This document shows, piece by piece, positions 10,478 through 19,791 of a stretch of 31,754 nucleotides of DNA. The stretch comes from Chthoniobacteraceae bacterium (GTDB lineage: Bacteria > Verrucomicrobiota > Verrucomicrobiia > Chthoniobacterales > Chthoniobacteraceae). Under the pieces are notes generated by a model. That model was given only the letters and a program-made list of their open reading frames with translations, searched no databases and was not told the DNA's origin. The translations under genes were made by a program, and so were the position numbers. The stretch covers positions 1-31,754 of the forward strand of contig JANNWY010000015.1 in assembly GCA_031409335.1 (NCBI GenBank), given 5' to 3'. Within the stretch, counting starts at the first letter, position 1. Every line of letters begins with the position of its first letter.

Positions 10478-10696
10478 TAAACGTAAAAGCGGCACTGGAG
10501 ATTGCCGCGGAGAACTCGGAGGACGCGGAAAACGCGGAAGAGGAGGGACTTCGCTGCGAAGCGGCACAGTCGATTCCATTCACCGGATGGGTGAGATCGG
10601 GTTGGTTTCGGGTGTGCCATTCAAATTTCTACTCCTCTGCGTCTTCCGCGTTTTCCGCGTCCTCCGTGGCAATTCCCATCGCCGTTTTCAGGATAT
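10478..10696. repeat. MITE/REP-like palindromic element B
   Basis: CGGAGGACGCGGAAAACGCGGAAGA pairs with TCTTCCGCGTTTTCCGCGTCCTCCG. The arms have 9-nt periodicity, with degenerate outer inverted repeats. Confidence 0.7.
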
Positions 10697-10697
10697 A

Positions 10698-10991
10698 GCT
10701 TCACCATCTTCCCCTGAAGTCTTTACGGTATCCAAGTAGATCTCAATGGTTTGCCCCACAGTCAGCTTCCCTTTTTTCAGGGCCGCGCCTGCTTCCATTC
10801 GAGCGCGGTATTCGTGCATCATGTCCCGCAAACGGAGCTTTGCCGTCGAGAGCGTTTGCGTGTTGAGACACTTCCGAATCAGCTTGCGACCAATTTTGAA
10901 TCGTGCGAATGCACCGAACCTAAGGCGCGTAACGAATTAGGTTTTGTGTTTCAATCGTTTCCGAGTCCTGTTTTGCAGCTTGCAGGCTCAT
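10698..10991 (-). pseudogene. Tyrosine integrase N-terminal remnant
   Basis: The minus strand reads MSLQAAKQDSETIETQNLIRYAP* (stop 10922-10920). After a frameshift it reads FARFKIGRKLIRKCLNTQTLSTAKLRLRDMM...GKLTVGQTIEIYL, which resembles integrase N-terminal arm-binding regions. It is not in the ORF track. Confidence 0.6.
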
Positions 10992-11064
10992 TTCGGAAAA
11001 GGGATACAAACTGGGAACACAATTGACCGAAAAATTCGGAAAAAAACACGTTTCCAGAGTAAAT

Positions 11065-11140
11065 GCCGGCATAGCTCAGTTGGTAGAGCAACTGATTTGT
11101 AATCAGTAGGTCGTCGGTTCGAATCCGTCTGCCGGCTCCA
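11065..11140 (+). tRNA. tRNA-Thr(UGU)
   Basis: 76 nt GCCGGCATAGCTCAGTTGGTAGAGC...GGTTCGAATCC...GCCGGCTCCA; anticodon stem ACTGA/TCAGT, loop TTTGTAA; encoded CCA end. Confidence 0.98.
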
Positions 11141-11141
11141 T
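11095..11141 (+). repeat. attL core (47-bp direct repeat, 3' half of tRNA-Thr)
   Basis: Identical to 29197-29243. Confidence 0.95.
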
Positions 11142-11207
11142 TCCTAAGTTGAAAAAAGGGAATGACTTAGAAAGAGTGAAAAGTTTGTAGTGCCGAGTGA
11201 ATTTTTC

Positions 11208-11234
11208 TTTGCTTGGACACTTCTTGGACACTTT
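11208..11234 (+). promoter_or_regulatory. Putative integrase arm-type binding sites (left)
   Basis: TTTGCTTGGACACTTCTTGGACACTTT contains tandem CTTGGACACTT x2 and is identical to 29040-29066. Confidence 0.65.
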
Positions 11235-11368
11235 CCGGGTTCCAAGGGCCGATTATCAGTGCGAAAGGGACCGAACGCTGTCTTCCTCAACTTCCCTCAT
11301 TTCGCCGGGGCTTTCTCGCGCGCGCGTGCGCGCGAGAGCGATCTTAGCAATTACCCTCCCGCGAAACT

Positions 11369-11932
11369 TCACCAGTAATCCGCACGCCGATTACCAAGCT
11401 CCCGCAGTCGCGCCCGAATGCAGCTGGCCGTTGTCGGCATCTTTTCACCGGGCGGCAACTCGCCTCCCGATTGCGCGTAGAACCATTGCCGCGCCGCCCG
11501 TACGTCTGCACGCTGCAACAATCTGCTCGCGCTGGCATACGCTCCATTCCTGCTTCGCGGGCGGTATGTGCTGACGTAGGCCGAAACTATTCCGGGCAAG
11601 CCCCATCTGCGCATCCCGTGCTTCACAGACTCCCCCACGCTACGCAGGGCGAACCACCAATGCCGGATGCTGATTTCCTTTTCAATGCACCGTCGCACCG
11701 GCGGCATCTCGGCATCGTACTGCTCACAAAGTTCCACAACACGGGAATGACGCCCGACGCGCGGCTTGCGAACGCTAATCTTGCACCACCCCATTTTCGC
11801 CGCCTCCTCGATCTCCCAAGCGCAAATCGTATGAGAGCGCCACAAGTCCCGCATGGTGGCCGTCCCGCCGCAGCGTTCGAGCACGCGCCGGATGCGGCCA
11901 AGGCGTTCGCGGCAGAGGATTAAGGGTCTCAT
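11369..11932 (-). CDS. Hypothetical basic protein, possible winged-HTH N-terminus
   Basis: ORF at the left end of the island; R..L...GG..T.RDL.R...EIEEA...GW pattern. The start at 11932 is uncertain. Confidence 0.5.
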   Translation of the reverse strand: MRPLILCRERLGRIRRVLERCGGTATMRDLWRSHTICAWEIEEAAKMGWCKISVRKPRVGRHSRVVELCEQYDAEMPPVRRCIEKEISIRHWWFALRSVGESVKHGMRRWGLPGIVSAYVSTYRPRSRNGAYASASRLLQRADVRAARQWFYAQSGGELPPGEKMPTTASCIRARLRELGNRRADYW

Positions 11933-12091
11933 CGGAATTTGGCGGCAACTTATCATTCCTTGCAAGTTGGCAGAAGGCGTCTTGCCGCGATGAAGGAAAT
12001 GGGGGAATACTCCGAGTCAATTTGATCCCTTGAGGGCACGGAGTTTGACGCATCCCCTGCCCTTCCCTACAAGCAGCGCGTCCCCGACGCC

Positions 12092-14516
12092 ATGCCTGCC
12101 CTGCGGAATGAAGCCCAAACTCGATTTGAGTTGATTGATCCCATGTTGATCGACCAACGCGGATGGGGGCGCAAAGACATCCTTTTGGAAGAGACGGCGC
12201 GGCAAATCGACATCGTTTATGGGAAGGGACAGCGGCGACCGACGGGGCGCACGGACTATCTGCTTTGCCGACCGCTCGCGGAAGGCACGGAGCGGATTCC
12301 GCTCGCGATCCTGGAGGCGAAGCACGAGGGCAAACCGCCCGAGCACGGCTTGCAGCAGGGCAAAGGCTACCGCATCGGGAAGCTGCATCATGTGCCGTTT
12401 GTTTTCTCGTCGAACGGGCACCAGTTCGTTGAATACGACGACGCCACGGGCACGACTTCCGAGGCGCGACCGATGGACGAGTTTCCCCGTCCCGAGGAAT
12501 TGGTGGCGCGGTATCTCGCCGCGCGCGGCCTTGCGCCCGCCTCGCCCTCGCTGGCGATGCTCACCACGCCTTATGCGCAGGGGCGCGACGCGCTGCGCTA
12601 CTATCAGGACGCCGCGATTCGCGCGGCGATCGAGCAGCTCATCCGGCAGATTGACGCGGGAAAAACGCCACGCGTGATGCTGCCGCTCGCCACGGGCGCG
12701 GGGAAGACCCGGCTCGCCGCGGCGATGCTTCGCAAACTTTTCGACGCGGGCCGTCTCGGCAAGGCGCTCTTTCTGTGCGACCGTACCGAACTGCGCGACA
12801 ACGGGCTCGGCGACTTCCAAGCTGCGTTTGGATCTGATGCGGCGGAAGTGGACACACGCAATCCGCAGAAAAACGCGCGCGTGCTCATCGCCACGTATCA
12901 GACGCTCGATTTTCACAGCGGCGGCAAAGACTTGTCGTTTTTCCTCAAACACTACCCGCCCGGTTTCTTCGACGTGATCGTGATCGACGAATGCCACCGC
13001 TCGGCGTGGGGCGAATGGCACGCGATTTTGGAGAGCAATCACGATGCAATTCAAATCGGCCTCACCGCCACACCGCGGCAGATTCGCGCGAAAGAAATCG
13101 AGGACGAAGAAACGAAGAAGGGCGTCGAGGAAGACCGGCGCAGATTGTCGGACAACTACAAGTATTTCGGCGAACCGGCTTACGAGTATTCCTACGCGCA
13201 GGGCGTCGAGGATGGCTACCTCGCGCCCGCCCGCCGACATCGAGCAATACGACATTTTCCACGACGACCGCGAGCAAGCCGAGCGCGTGCGCGGCGTGTA
13301 TCGGGCCGATGTGGCGGATAAGAAACTCACCGACGCCCTCACGGGGCAGCGTGTGACGGCGGATGTGGTCGCGGAGAAAAGCGAGGGTGGTGCGCTGGAG
13401 GCGCGGCTCATTTTACCCGAGCGGGTGAAGGCGATGAGCGAGCACTTTTTCGCGCGATTGCTCGCAACGGCAGAGGACGATCCGCTGCAAAAGACGATCA
13501 TCTTTTGCGCGAGCGATCATCACGCGGACCTCGTGGCAAATGCGCTCAATAACCTTTACGCCGGATGGTGCCGCGCGCAGGGGCACAAGCGCGTTCCGAC
13601 ATACGCTTTCAAGTGCATGTCGTCGGTCAACGGGCAGGCGCTCATCCCGGATTTTCGCGGGCGGCAGCGTTCGCACTTCATCGCCACGACGAAGGATTTG
13701 CTCACGACGGGCGTCAATGTGCCGTGCGTGCGGAACATCGTTTTCTTCCGCTACCTGCATTCGCCGATTCTCTTTCACCAGATGGTCGGACGCGGCACGC
13801 GCATCGACGAAGGCAGCGGCAAGCTCATCTTCCGCATTTTCGATTACACTGGCGCGACCGCGCTTTTCGGCGCGGACTTCATCATGCCGCCTCCTCCGCC
13901 AGTGCCGCCACCCGGCCCGAAGCCGACGCCGCCGGAACCGCCGCCGCGCGTGAAAGTGCGCGGGGTGAAAATCGACATCGCGCACGCGGGCGATTTCAAC
14001 CTGCTCGGGATCGACGGGAAAATGCAGCGCGTCACGCCGCAGGAATATCAGGCGCGGCTCGTCGCCGAACTCATCGCGCTCGTGCCGTCGCTCACCGATT
14101 TCCGCACGCGCTGGCTCGACGCCACGCAGCGGCAGGAACTCATGAAGCAATTGGAGCGGCAGGGACTCGTGCCGGCGCAATTGCGCGAGGCGGCGCAGAT
14201 GGAGGACTTCGACCTTTTCGACATCCTCGCCGCTCTCGCCTACGGCATCACCCCGCGCAGCCGCAGCGAGCGCGCGGCGCAGTTTGCGGAGAGCGGTGGC
14301 GGACCGGATTGGCTCATCCCGCTGCCGCAGCCGACGGCGAAAGTGATCCGCGCAATCGTGCGGCAGTTTGAGAAAGCGGGCACCGATGCGCTGGAATCGG
14401 GCGAGCTGTGGGCCACGCCGGAAATCGAGAAACTGCGCGGCGTTGCTGCACTGAGCGAAGGCGGCAATCCCGGTGAACTGATGCGGCGGACGAAGGAGAC
14501 GCTGTTCGTCGCATGA
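12092..14516 (+). pseudogene. hsdR: Type I restriction endonuclease subunit R, split by a frameshift at ~13225-13235
   Basis: ORF 12092-13321 has the D-YLL...LEAK nuclease motif, LATGAGKT, DECH and TATP. ORF 13044-14516 has KTIIFC, LTTGVNVP, QMVGRGTR and IFDY. Removing one GCCC from GCGCCCGCCCGCCGAC gives a continuous DGYLAPADIEQ (~806 aa). Confidence 0.88.
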
Positions 14517-15703
14517 CACGGGAGCCGACGAGAAAGCGGGCAGCGACGATCGAACATTGGACGCGGATGCACATCGCCGATCTCGCCGAAACGTGTAGCG
14601 GGACAACGCCAAGCCGTACCCGCTCCGATTTTTACGGCGGCACGATTCCGTGGGTTAAAACCGGCGAGCTATTGGACGGCACAATTGAAGATTCAGAAGA
14701 GCATGTGACTGAAATAGCGCTTCGCGAAACTGCGCTTCGACTCTTGCCCGTCGGCACATTGCTCGTTGCAATGTATGGTCAGGGTCAAACGCGTGGTCGG
14801 ACGGGACTGCTCGCCTGCGATGCAACGACAAACCAAGCGTGTTTCGCGATTCTTCCCAATCCGACACTCGACACATCGTTTCTTCAATTCTGGTTTCGCC
14901 ACAGCTACGAGCGACTTCGGAGCGAGACCGAATTCCGCGGCGGCAGTCAACCAAACCTCAATGGCAACGTGCTGCGGCGAGAGATCGTTCCTGTTCCGCC
15001 GCTCGCCGAGCAGCAGCGGATCGCGGCGCGCCTGCGCGAGGAACTGACCGCGGTGGCGCAAGCGCGCGCGGCGCTGGAAGCGCAACTCGCCGCCGCCGAA
15101 GCCCTGCCCGATGCGTGCGTGCGCGAGGACGCGCTCGACCCCGAAACAACGCACCAGCCGATTCGCGAGGTGATGCGCGAAGTGACCAAGGGGATCGGCG
15201 AAGCGTGGCGCAATCAGCCCGTGCTCGGCGCGACGCGCGCCGGCCTCGCGCCCGCGAAGGAAGGTGTCGGCAAACATCCCGGACGCTACAAGCCCGTGAC
15301 GCCCGGCACCGTTTTCTACAACCCGATGCGTATCCTGCTCGGCTCGATCGCGCTGGTGGACGAAGGCGACACGCCCGGCATCACGAGCCCCGATTACGTG
15401 GTGATGCGCGGACGGGAAGGCGTGCTGCACCCGGTCTGGTTTTACCAATGGTTTCGCTCGTCCGCTGGCGCGGAGTTTATCAAGAGCCTCACGCGCGGCG
15501 CAGTGCGCGAACGTCTGCTTTTCAATCGCGTCGCGCCCGGCCTCGTCCCCGTCCCGCCGTGGCCACGGCAACTCGCCACCGTCGAACGCATCCGCGCCGC
15601 GACCGCACTGCGCACCGCACTCGCCGCAAGACTTGCCGAAGTGGAAAAACTCCCCGCCGCGATTCTCCACGCAGCGTTCAATCCTGCCATCCACGAACCA
15701 TGA
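14513..15703 (+). CDS. hsdS: Type I R-M specificity subunit S
   Basis: SGTTPSR...YGGTIPWVKTGEL, TTNQA and QPNLN motifs; two conserved VPVPP..Q..I repeats; ends AILHAAF; ATGA overlap with hsdR. Confidence 0.93.
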   Translation: MTREPTRKRAATIEHWTRMHIADLAETCSGTTPSRTRSDFYGGTIPWVKTGELLDGTIEDSEEHVTEIALRETALRLLPVGTLLVAMYGQGQTRGRTGLLACDATTNQACFAILPNPTLDTSFLQFWFRHSYERLRSETEFRGGSQPNLNGNVLRREIVPVPPLAEQQRIAARLREELTAVAQARAALEAQLAAAEALPDACVREDALDPETTHQPIREVMREVTKGIGEAWRNQPVLGATRAGLAPAKEGVGKHPGRYKPVTPGTVFYNPMRILLGSIALVDEGDTPGITSPDYVVMRGREGVLHPVWFYQWFRSSAGAEFIKSLTRGAVRERLLFNRVAPGLVPVPPWPRQLATVERIRAATALRTALAARLAEVEKLPAAILHAAFNPAIHEP

Positions 15704-16416
15704 GCCAGACCTATAACATCTACTGTGACGAAAGCTGCCATCTGGAAAACGATGGTGAAAAAGTGATGGTGCTAGGCGGGGTCTGGTGCCTGCGCGACAT
15801 CGCGCGCGAGGCGCACAAGCGACTGAGGGAGATCAAGGCAAAGCACGGTTGCGGCGCTGGCTTCGAGACGAAGTGGACAAAGGTTTCCCCGTCGAAGGCG
15901 GCGCTTTACCTCGATATGGTGGACTACTTTTTCGACGACGATGACCTGCGCTTTCGCGCGGTGATCGTCCCGGACAAGACGCTGCTCGACCACGACGCGC
16001 ACGCACAGACGCACGACGAATGGTATTACAAAATGTATTTCACGATGCTGAAGGCGATCCTCAGCCCGCAGGATCGGTTTCGCGTTTATCTCGACATCAA
16101 GGACACGCGCGGCGGGAGCAAGGTGCGCAAGCTGCGCGAAGTGCTGTGCAGCAGTCTGTACGATTTCGACGCCGAGATTGTGAGCGACATCCAAATCCTG
16201 CGCTCGGAGGACGTGGAACTGATGCAACTCGCGGACCTGCTCATCGGGGCGGTGGGTTATGTGAACCGCGGGCGCGCAGAGAATGCAGGCAAGGTGGCGG
16301 TGGTCGAGCGGATCAAGGAACGCTCGCGGCTTTCGCTGGTGCGCTCGTCGCTGGTGCGCGAGCGGAAGATGAATTTGTTCCGCTGGGCACCGAACTGGTC
16401 GGGAGGGGCGTGGTGA
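15700..16416 (+). CDS. DUF3800 family protein (RNase H-like fold)
   Basis: ATG at 15700 overlaps the hsdS stop. MSQTYNIYCDESCHLE, E.KW.K, YLDIK and MQLADLLIGA are the DUF3800 pattern. Confidence 0.85.
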   Translation: MSQTYNIYCDESCHLENDGEKVMVLGGVWCLRDIAREAHKRLREIKAKHGCGAGFETKWTKVSPSKAALYLDMVDYFFDDDDLRFRAVIVPDKTLLDHDAHAQTHDEWYYKMYFTMLKAILSPQDRFRVYLDIKDTRGGSKVRKLREVLCSSLYDFDAEIVSDIQILRSEDVELMQLADLLIGAVGYVNRGRAENAGKVAVVERIKERSRLSLVRSSLVRERKMNLFRWAPNWSGGAW

Positions 16417-16904
16417 GCGCACCAGACTGGCTGCCCGATTTGCTGCCGTTTCAAGGAAATTGGCCGACGTATGTCGAGGAGGTCTTTGCGATCTTCGAGA
16501 GTGATTTCATCACGCCAAGAGCCGTTTTTCGCGGTGAGGAAATCCGACTGCGGTGGATGCCAGTCTTCAACGGAAAACCGAGCGCATTCTGGCATCTGGT
16601 GCAGGAGGGCCAGATTGAAGAGGACCGAACACCCGACCTGCGGCGCTGCGAGCGCATCGGGTGGCTGCGGGCCATCATAGACAACGCCGGGGACGATCGC
16701 GTGAAAGTCTGGGAGAACGAACGCACGGGCGCGAAGGGCCGGGAGCGCAGCGTGCTGCTGTGGCTGGAGGAACAAGACTTCCTCGTCGTGCTCGGCAAAC
16801 GCAATGGCTACTACCTGCTCGTCACTGCATATCAGACCAACCGAGACCATACGCGGCGTAAACTGCGCCAGGAGTATGAAAGCTACGTTGCCGCCAACCC
16901 CTGA
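16413..16904 (+). CDS. Hypothetical 163-aa protein, putative BECR-like RNase (phage P1-related type)
   Basis: GTG start overlaps the DUF3800 stop (GTGA). It has FWHL....E.R.PDLRRCERI.W...II and ends in beta strands FLVVLGKRNGYYLLVTAY. RNase function is inferred. Confidence 0.7.
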   Translation: MSAPDWLPDLLPFQGNWPTYVEEVFAIFESDFITPRAVFRGEEIRLRWMPVFNGKPSAFWHLVQEGQIEEDRTPDLRRCERIGWLRAIIDNAGDDRVKVWENERTGAKGRERSVLLWLEEQDFLVVLGKRNGYYLLVTAYQTNRDHTRRKLRQEYESYVAANP

Positions 16905-16938
16905 AAAAAAGCTGGCCCCGCCTTTTTGAGGCGGGGCC
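16904..16938 (-). terminator. Intrinsic terminator-like hairpin (minus-strand polarity)
   Basis: 10-bp stem 16914-16923 / 16929-16938, followed on the minus strand by AGC-TTTTTTT. Confidence 0.6.
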
Positions 16939-16986
16939 GAATACTCCTTCCACACTGACAACCTTGCGGGATGGTGGATGAGCTGA
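16904..16986 (-). ncRNA. Putative small structured RNA convergent with the 163-aa gene
   Basis: Minus strand: CUC-A-UCCAC...CC-GCAA-GG...GUGGA-AG-GAG stem with a GNRA tetraloop, then a 10-bp GC hairpin GGCCCCGCCU/AGGCGGGGCC and a U7 tail. A TTGACG box lies upstream (17019-17014). Confidence 0.5.
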
Positions 16987-17041
16987 GAGCAACTACGCCA
17001 CTGGCATTCCTGCCGTCAACAATTCATTACGAACACGTTTT

Positions 17042-18757
17042 ATGCCCAAGCCCTCGAAGAAAAAGCACGGCTCGCAGCAATCGCTCAATGGGGCGATCAA
17101 ATCCACCTGCGACATCATGCGGCGCTCGAATTGCGCGGGTGCGCTGCAATACGTGCCGGAGCTGACGTGGATTCTTTTCCTGCGCATCCTCGACGAGCGC
17201 GAGGCGAACGAAGTGGCGCAGGCGGAGGCGCAGGGCATCCCGTTCACGCCCGCGCTCGGCGCACCGTTTCGCTGGCGCGATTGGGCCGCGCCGGGTTCGC
17301 CGATGCGCGAGGATAAGACGGCAAGCGTTTGGAAATTCGTGCATGAGAAGTTGCTGCCGGAATTGAAGGCGCTGAAGGATCAACCGGGCGCGACGCCGCG
17401 GCAGAAGGTGGTGAGCGAGATCATGTCGAGCGTGGAGCGGAGCCGCATCGACTCGGAAAAGAACTTCCTCGACGTGCTCGACAAGGTTCACGAAATCACG
17501 AGCGAGGCGGTGGATGACACGCACGTTTTCACGCTCTCGCAGGTGTACGAGGGTTTGCTGCTCAAGATGGGTGAGAAGGGCAACGACGGCGGGCAATTCT
17601 TCACGCCGCGCGAGGTGATTCGCGCAATGGTGCGCGTGGTGAATCCGCAGCTCGGCAAGACGGTTTATGATCCGGGGTGCGGCACGGGTGGCTTTCTCGC
17701 GCAGGCTTACGAATACATGCGCGCGGAGGCGGGCGACGGCATCACGAGCGTTCAACTCGACGGGCTCAAGCACAGGACTTTTTACGGACGCGAAAAGGAC
17801 AACGCGGTGTATCCGATCGCGCTCGCGAATCTCGTGCTCCACGGCATCGACGATCCGCACATCTGGCACGGCAACGCGCTTTCGCAGACGGCGACATATG
17901 ACGGGCTTTTCGCCGGTGCGCCCGCGTTTTTCGATTTCGTGCTGATGAATCCACCCTTTGGTGGGAAGGAGGGCAAGGAGGCGCAGACGCCCTACGAATA
18001 CAAGACGAACGCGACGCAGATGCTTTTCATGCAGAACGTGCTCGCGAGCATGAAGACCGGGAGCCGGTGCGGGATCGTGCTCGATGAAGGCGTGCTCTTT
18101 CGCATCGACGCGGAGGCGTTTGTGCAGGTGAAGCGGAAGCTCATGGAGGAATGCGATGTGTATTGCATCGTGAGTCTGCCGGGCGGCGTTTTCACGAGCG
18201 CGGGCGCGGGCGTGAAGACGAATCTCGTTTTCTTCGACAAGGGGCGGCAGACGGAGCGGATTTGGTATTACGATCTTTCCGACGTGAAGGTGGGGAAGAA
18301 GACACCGCTGACGCTGGCGAATTTCGACGAGTTTTTCCGGCTGCTTCCCGAGCGCGCGGACAGCGAGCGAAGCTGGACGGTGGACTTTGCCGGCAAGCTG
18401 CAAACCGCGCTGGAATCGGCCCGTCCGCATCGGGAGCAACACGCGGCGCTGACGGTCGAGGCGAAGACCTTGGAGGGTGAGTTTTTGGCGAAGCGGAAGG
18501 CGAAGAAGATCGCGCCGGATGAACTGCGCCAGTGCGAAGACGACTGGAAAGCGAAGCTGCGCGAGGCACGCGACTCGGAGGCGAAGGCCGTGAGCATCGA
18601 AAACGCGGTGTATGATTTGAAGGCGGTGAATCCGCATCGCGTGACCGTGGAAGACCGCCGCACGCCTGCGGAATTGCTCGGTGTAATCGACGCGAAGGGG
18701 CGCGATGCGGATGCGGCGCTGGCACAACTGAGGAAACTCATCGCCCGGCCAATTTGA
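17042..18757 (+). CDS. hsdM: Type I R-M N6-adenine methyltransferase subunit M
   Basis: GQFFTPREVI, YDPGCGTGGFL (motif I), NPPF (motif IV) and LPGGVF...GVKT; C-terminal YDLKAVNP. Confidence 0.95.
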   Translation: MPKPSKKKHGSQQSLNGAIKSTCDIMRRSNCAGALQYVPELTWILFLRILDEREANEVAQAEAQGIPFTPALGAPFRWRDWAAPGSPMREDKTASVWKFVHEKLLPELKALKDQPGATPRQKVVSEIMSSVERSRIDSEKNFLDVLDKVHEITSEAVDDTHVFTLSQVYEGLLLKMGEKGNDGGQFFTPREVIRAMVRVVNPQLGKTVYDPGCGTGGFLAQAYEYMRAEAGDGITSVQLDGLKHRTFYGREKDNAVYPIALANLVLHGIDDPHIWHGNALSQTATYDGLFAGAPAFFDFVLMNPPFGGKEGKEAQTPYEYKTNATQMLFMQNVLASMKTGSRCGIVLDEGVLFRIDAEAFVQVKRKLMEECDVYCIVSLPGGVFTSAGAGVKTNLVFFDKGRQTERIWYYDLSDVKVGKKTPLTLANFDEFFRLLPERADSERSWTVDFAGKLQTALESARPHREQHAALTVEAKTLEGEFLAKRKAKKIAPDELRQCEDDWKAKLREARDSEAKAVSIENAVYDLKAVNPHRVTVEDRRTPAELLGVIDAKGRDADAALAQLRKLIARPI

Positions 18758-19044
18758 CGGACTGAAACGCGCTCGATTGATACGCCTGCCAATTTCCTCG
18801 CGAAATCCAACACGAGTTGTCCGGCTAACGAAGACGATTTATGAATGAATGGGAGGGAGAGACGGCAGCAGGGATTTGCCTTCGATGTGCCCGGTGAGTT
18901 GAAATTGTAGTCCATCATCGGCTTGCCCGCCCCGCGCCGTGAGCATTCGTAAATGTTGGGGCTGTAACTCTGCGGCAACGAACCTTGAATGAACGGATTC
19001 GTTCCTGCTACGTCCACAAGAGGGCTTGCCCAAACGTCACACCG

Positions 19045-19791
19045 ATGAGTTTCCCAATTCCATTCCCCGACCCCTTGCCGGTGCAAATCGAACCGTGCCC
19101 TATCGTCGAATCCATCTTCGAGATGCGCTTCGCTGCGAACGAGCCGTGGGCTACGCTGCCCGGTTTGCTCTACGCACAGGTACGAGAGCGTTATCGCGAG
19201 CAGAAGGCACTGCCCCTCGCTGAACTGCCCGAAGAAATGCGCCGCCACGATCCGGCGCTGGCGCATCTGCCGCTCCTTCAATTTATCAGCTCCGATTTTT
19301 TGATCCAGCTCGGGCCGCGCGTCGTGGGGCTGGCAACGCGGGCTAATGCGTATCCTGGCTGGCCTCGCATCGAGGAAGAGCTGCGCTGGCTGCTGCCGTG
19401 CATCAAAGCCGCGGGCTTTGTCAGCGAAGGCGAGCGGCTAGGGGTGCGCTACATCGACTTTTTTGCGCACGACATTTTCCCGCACCTGCACCTCGACCTG
19501 ACGCTCGCGGGCAAATCGCTCGGGGATGCGGAACAGCGGGTTTCCACCGTGCTGAGGGACGAGGCGCTGACGATCCGGCTCGCGGTGACAAACAGCGCCT
19601 TTGTGGGCCAGCGCGAAGACGTGAAGCGCGGCAGCGTGCTCGATGTGGATGCGTGGTTTGCCGCGCCGGACTTTGACCTTTTTACAAACGGCATCGAGCG
19701 TTTCAGCGAGGCTCATCTCGCGATCAAGCGGCTGTTCTTTGGATTGCTTCGCGAAGAGTTTCTGAATACTTTACACCCGCGTTACGCATGA
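19045..19791 (+). CDS. TIGR04255 family protein
   Basis: PIVESIFEMRF N-terminus, YPGW, RLGVRYID, LDVD and H..IK.LFF. The ATG at 19045 is preferred. Confidence 0.85.
   Translation: MSFPIPFPDPLPVQIEPCPIVESIFEMRFAANEPWATLPGLLYAQVRERYREQKALPLAELPEEMRRHDPALAHLPLLQFISSDFLIQLGPRVVGLATRANAYPGWPRIEEELRWLLPCIKAAGFVSEGERLGVRYIDFFAHDIFPHLHLDLTLAGKSLGDAEQRVSTVLRDEALTIRLAVTNSAFVGQREDVKRGSVLDVDAWFAAPDFDLFTNGIERFSEAHLAIKRLFFGLLREEFLNTLHPRYA

Noticed and set aside
9928..10698. ORFs spanning the repeat cluster
   Set aside because: The translations (e.g. AENSEDAENAEE, FRVFRVLRVLRG) simply reflect the 9-nt repeat units
10300..10700. CRISPR array
   Set aside because: The repeats are inverted arms with ~9-nt internal periodicity rather than direct repeats with unique spacers, and there are no cas genes
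11314..11337. TCTCGCGCGC/GCGCGCGAGA hairpin near the island left end as a terminator or origin
   Set aside because: There is no U-tract, and CG-dinucleotide runs self-pair trivially; not enough evidence for a function
14839..16416. 525-aa ORF as a single protein
   Set aside because: The N-terminal part is an off-frame shadow of hsdS; the real gene starts at ATG 15700
18758..19044. Possible gene remnant or sRNA between hsdM and TIGR04255
   Set aside because: No recognisable motif, long stem or coupled ORF; probably promoter or spacer DNA
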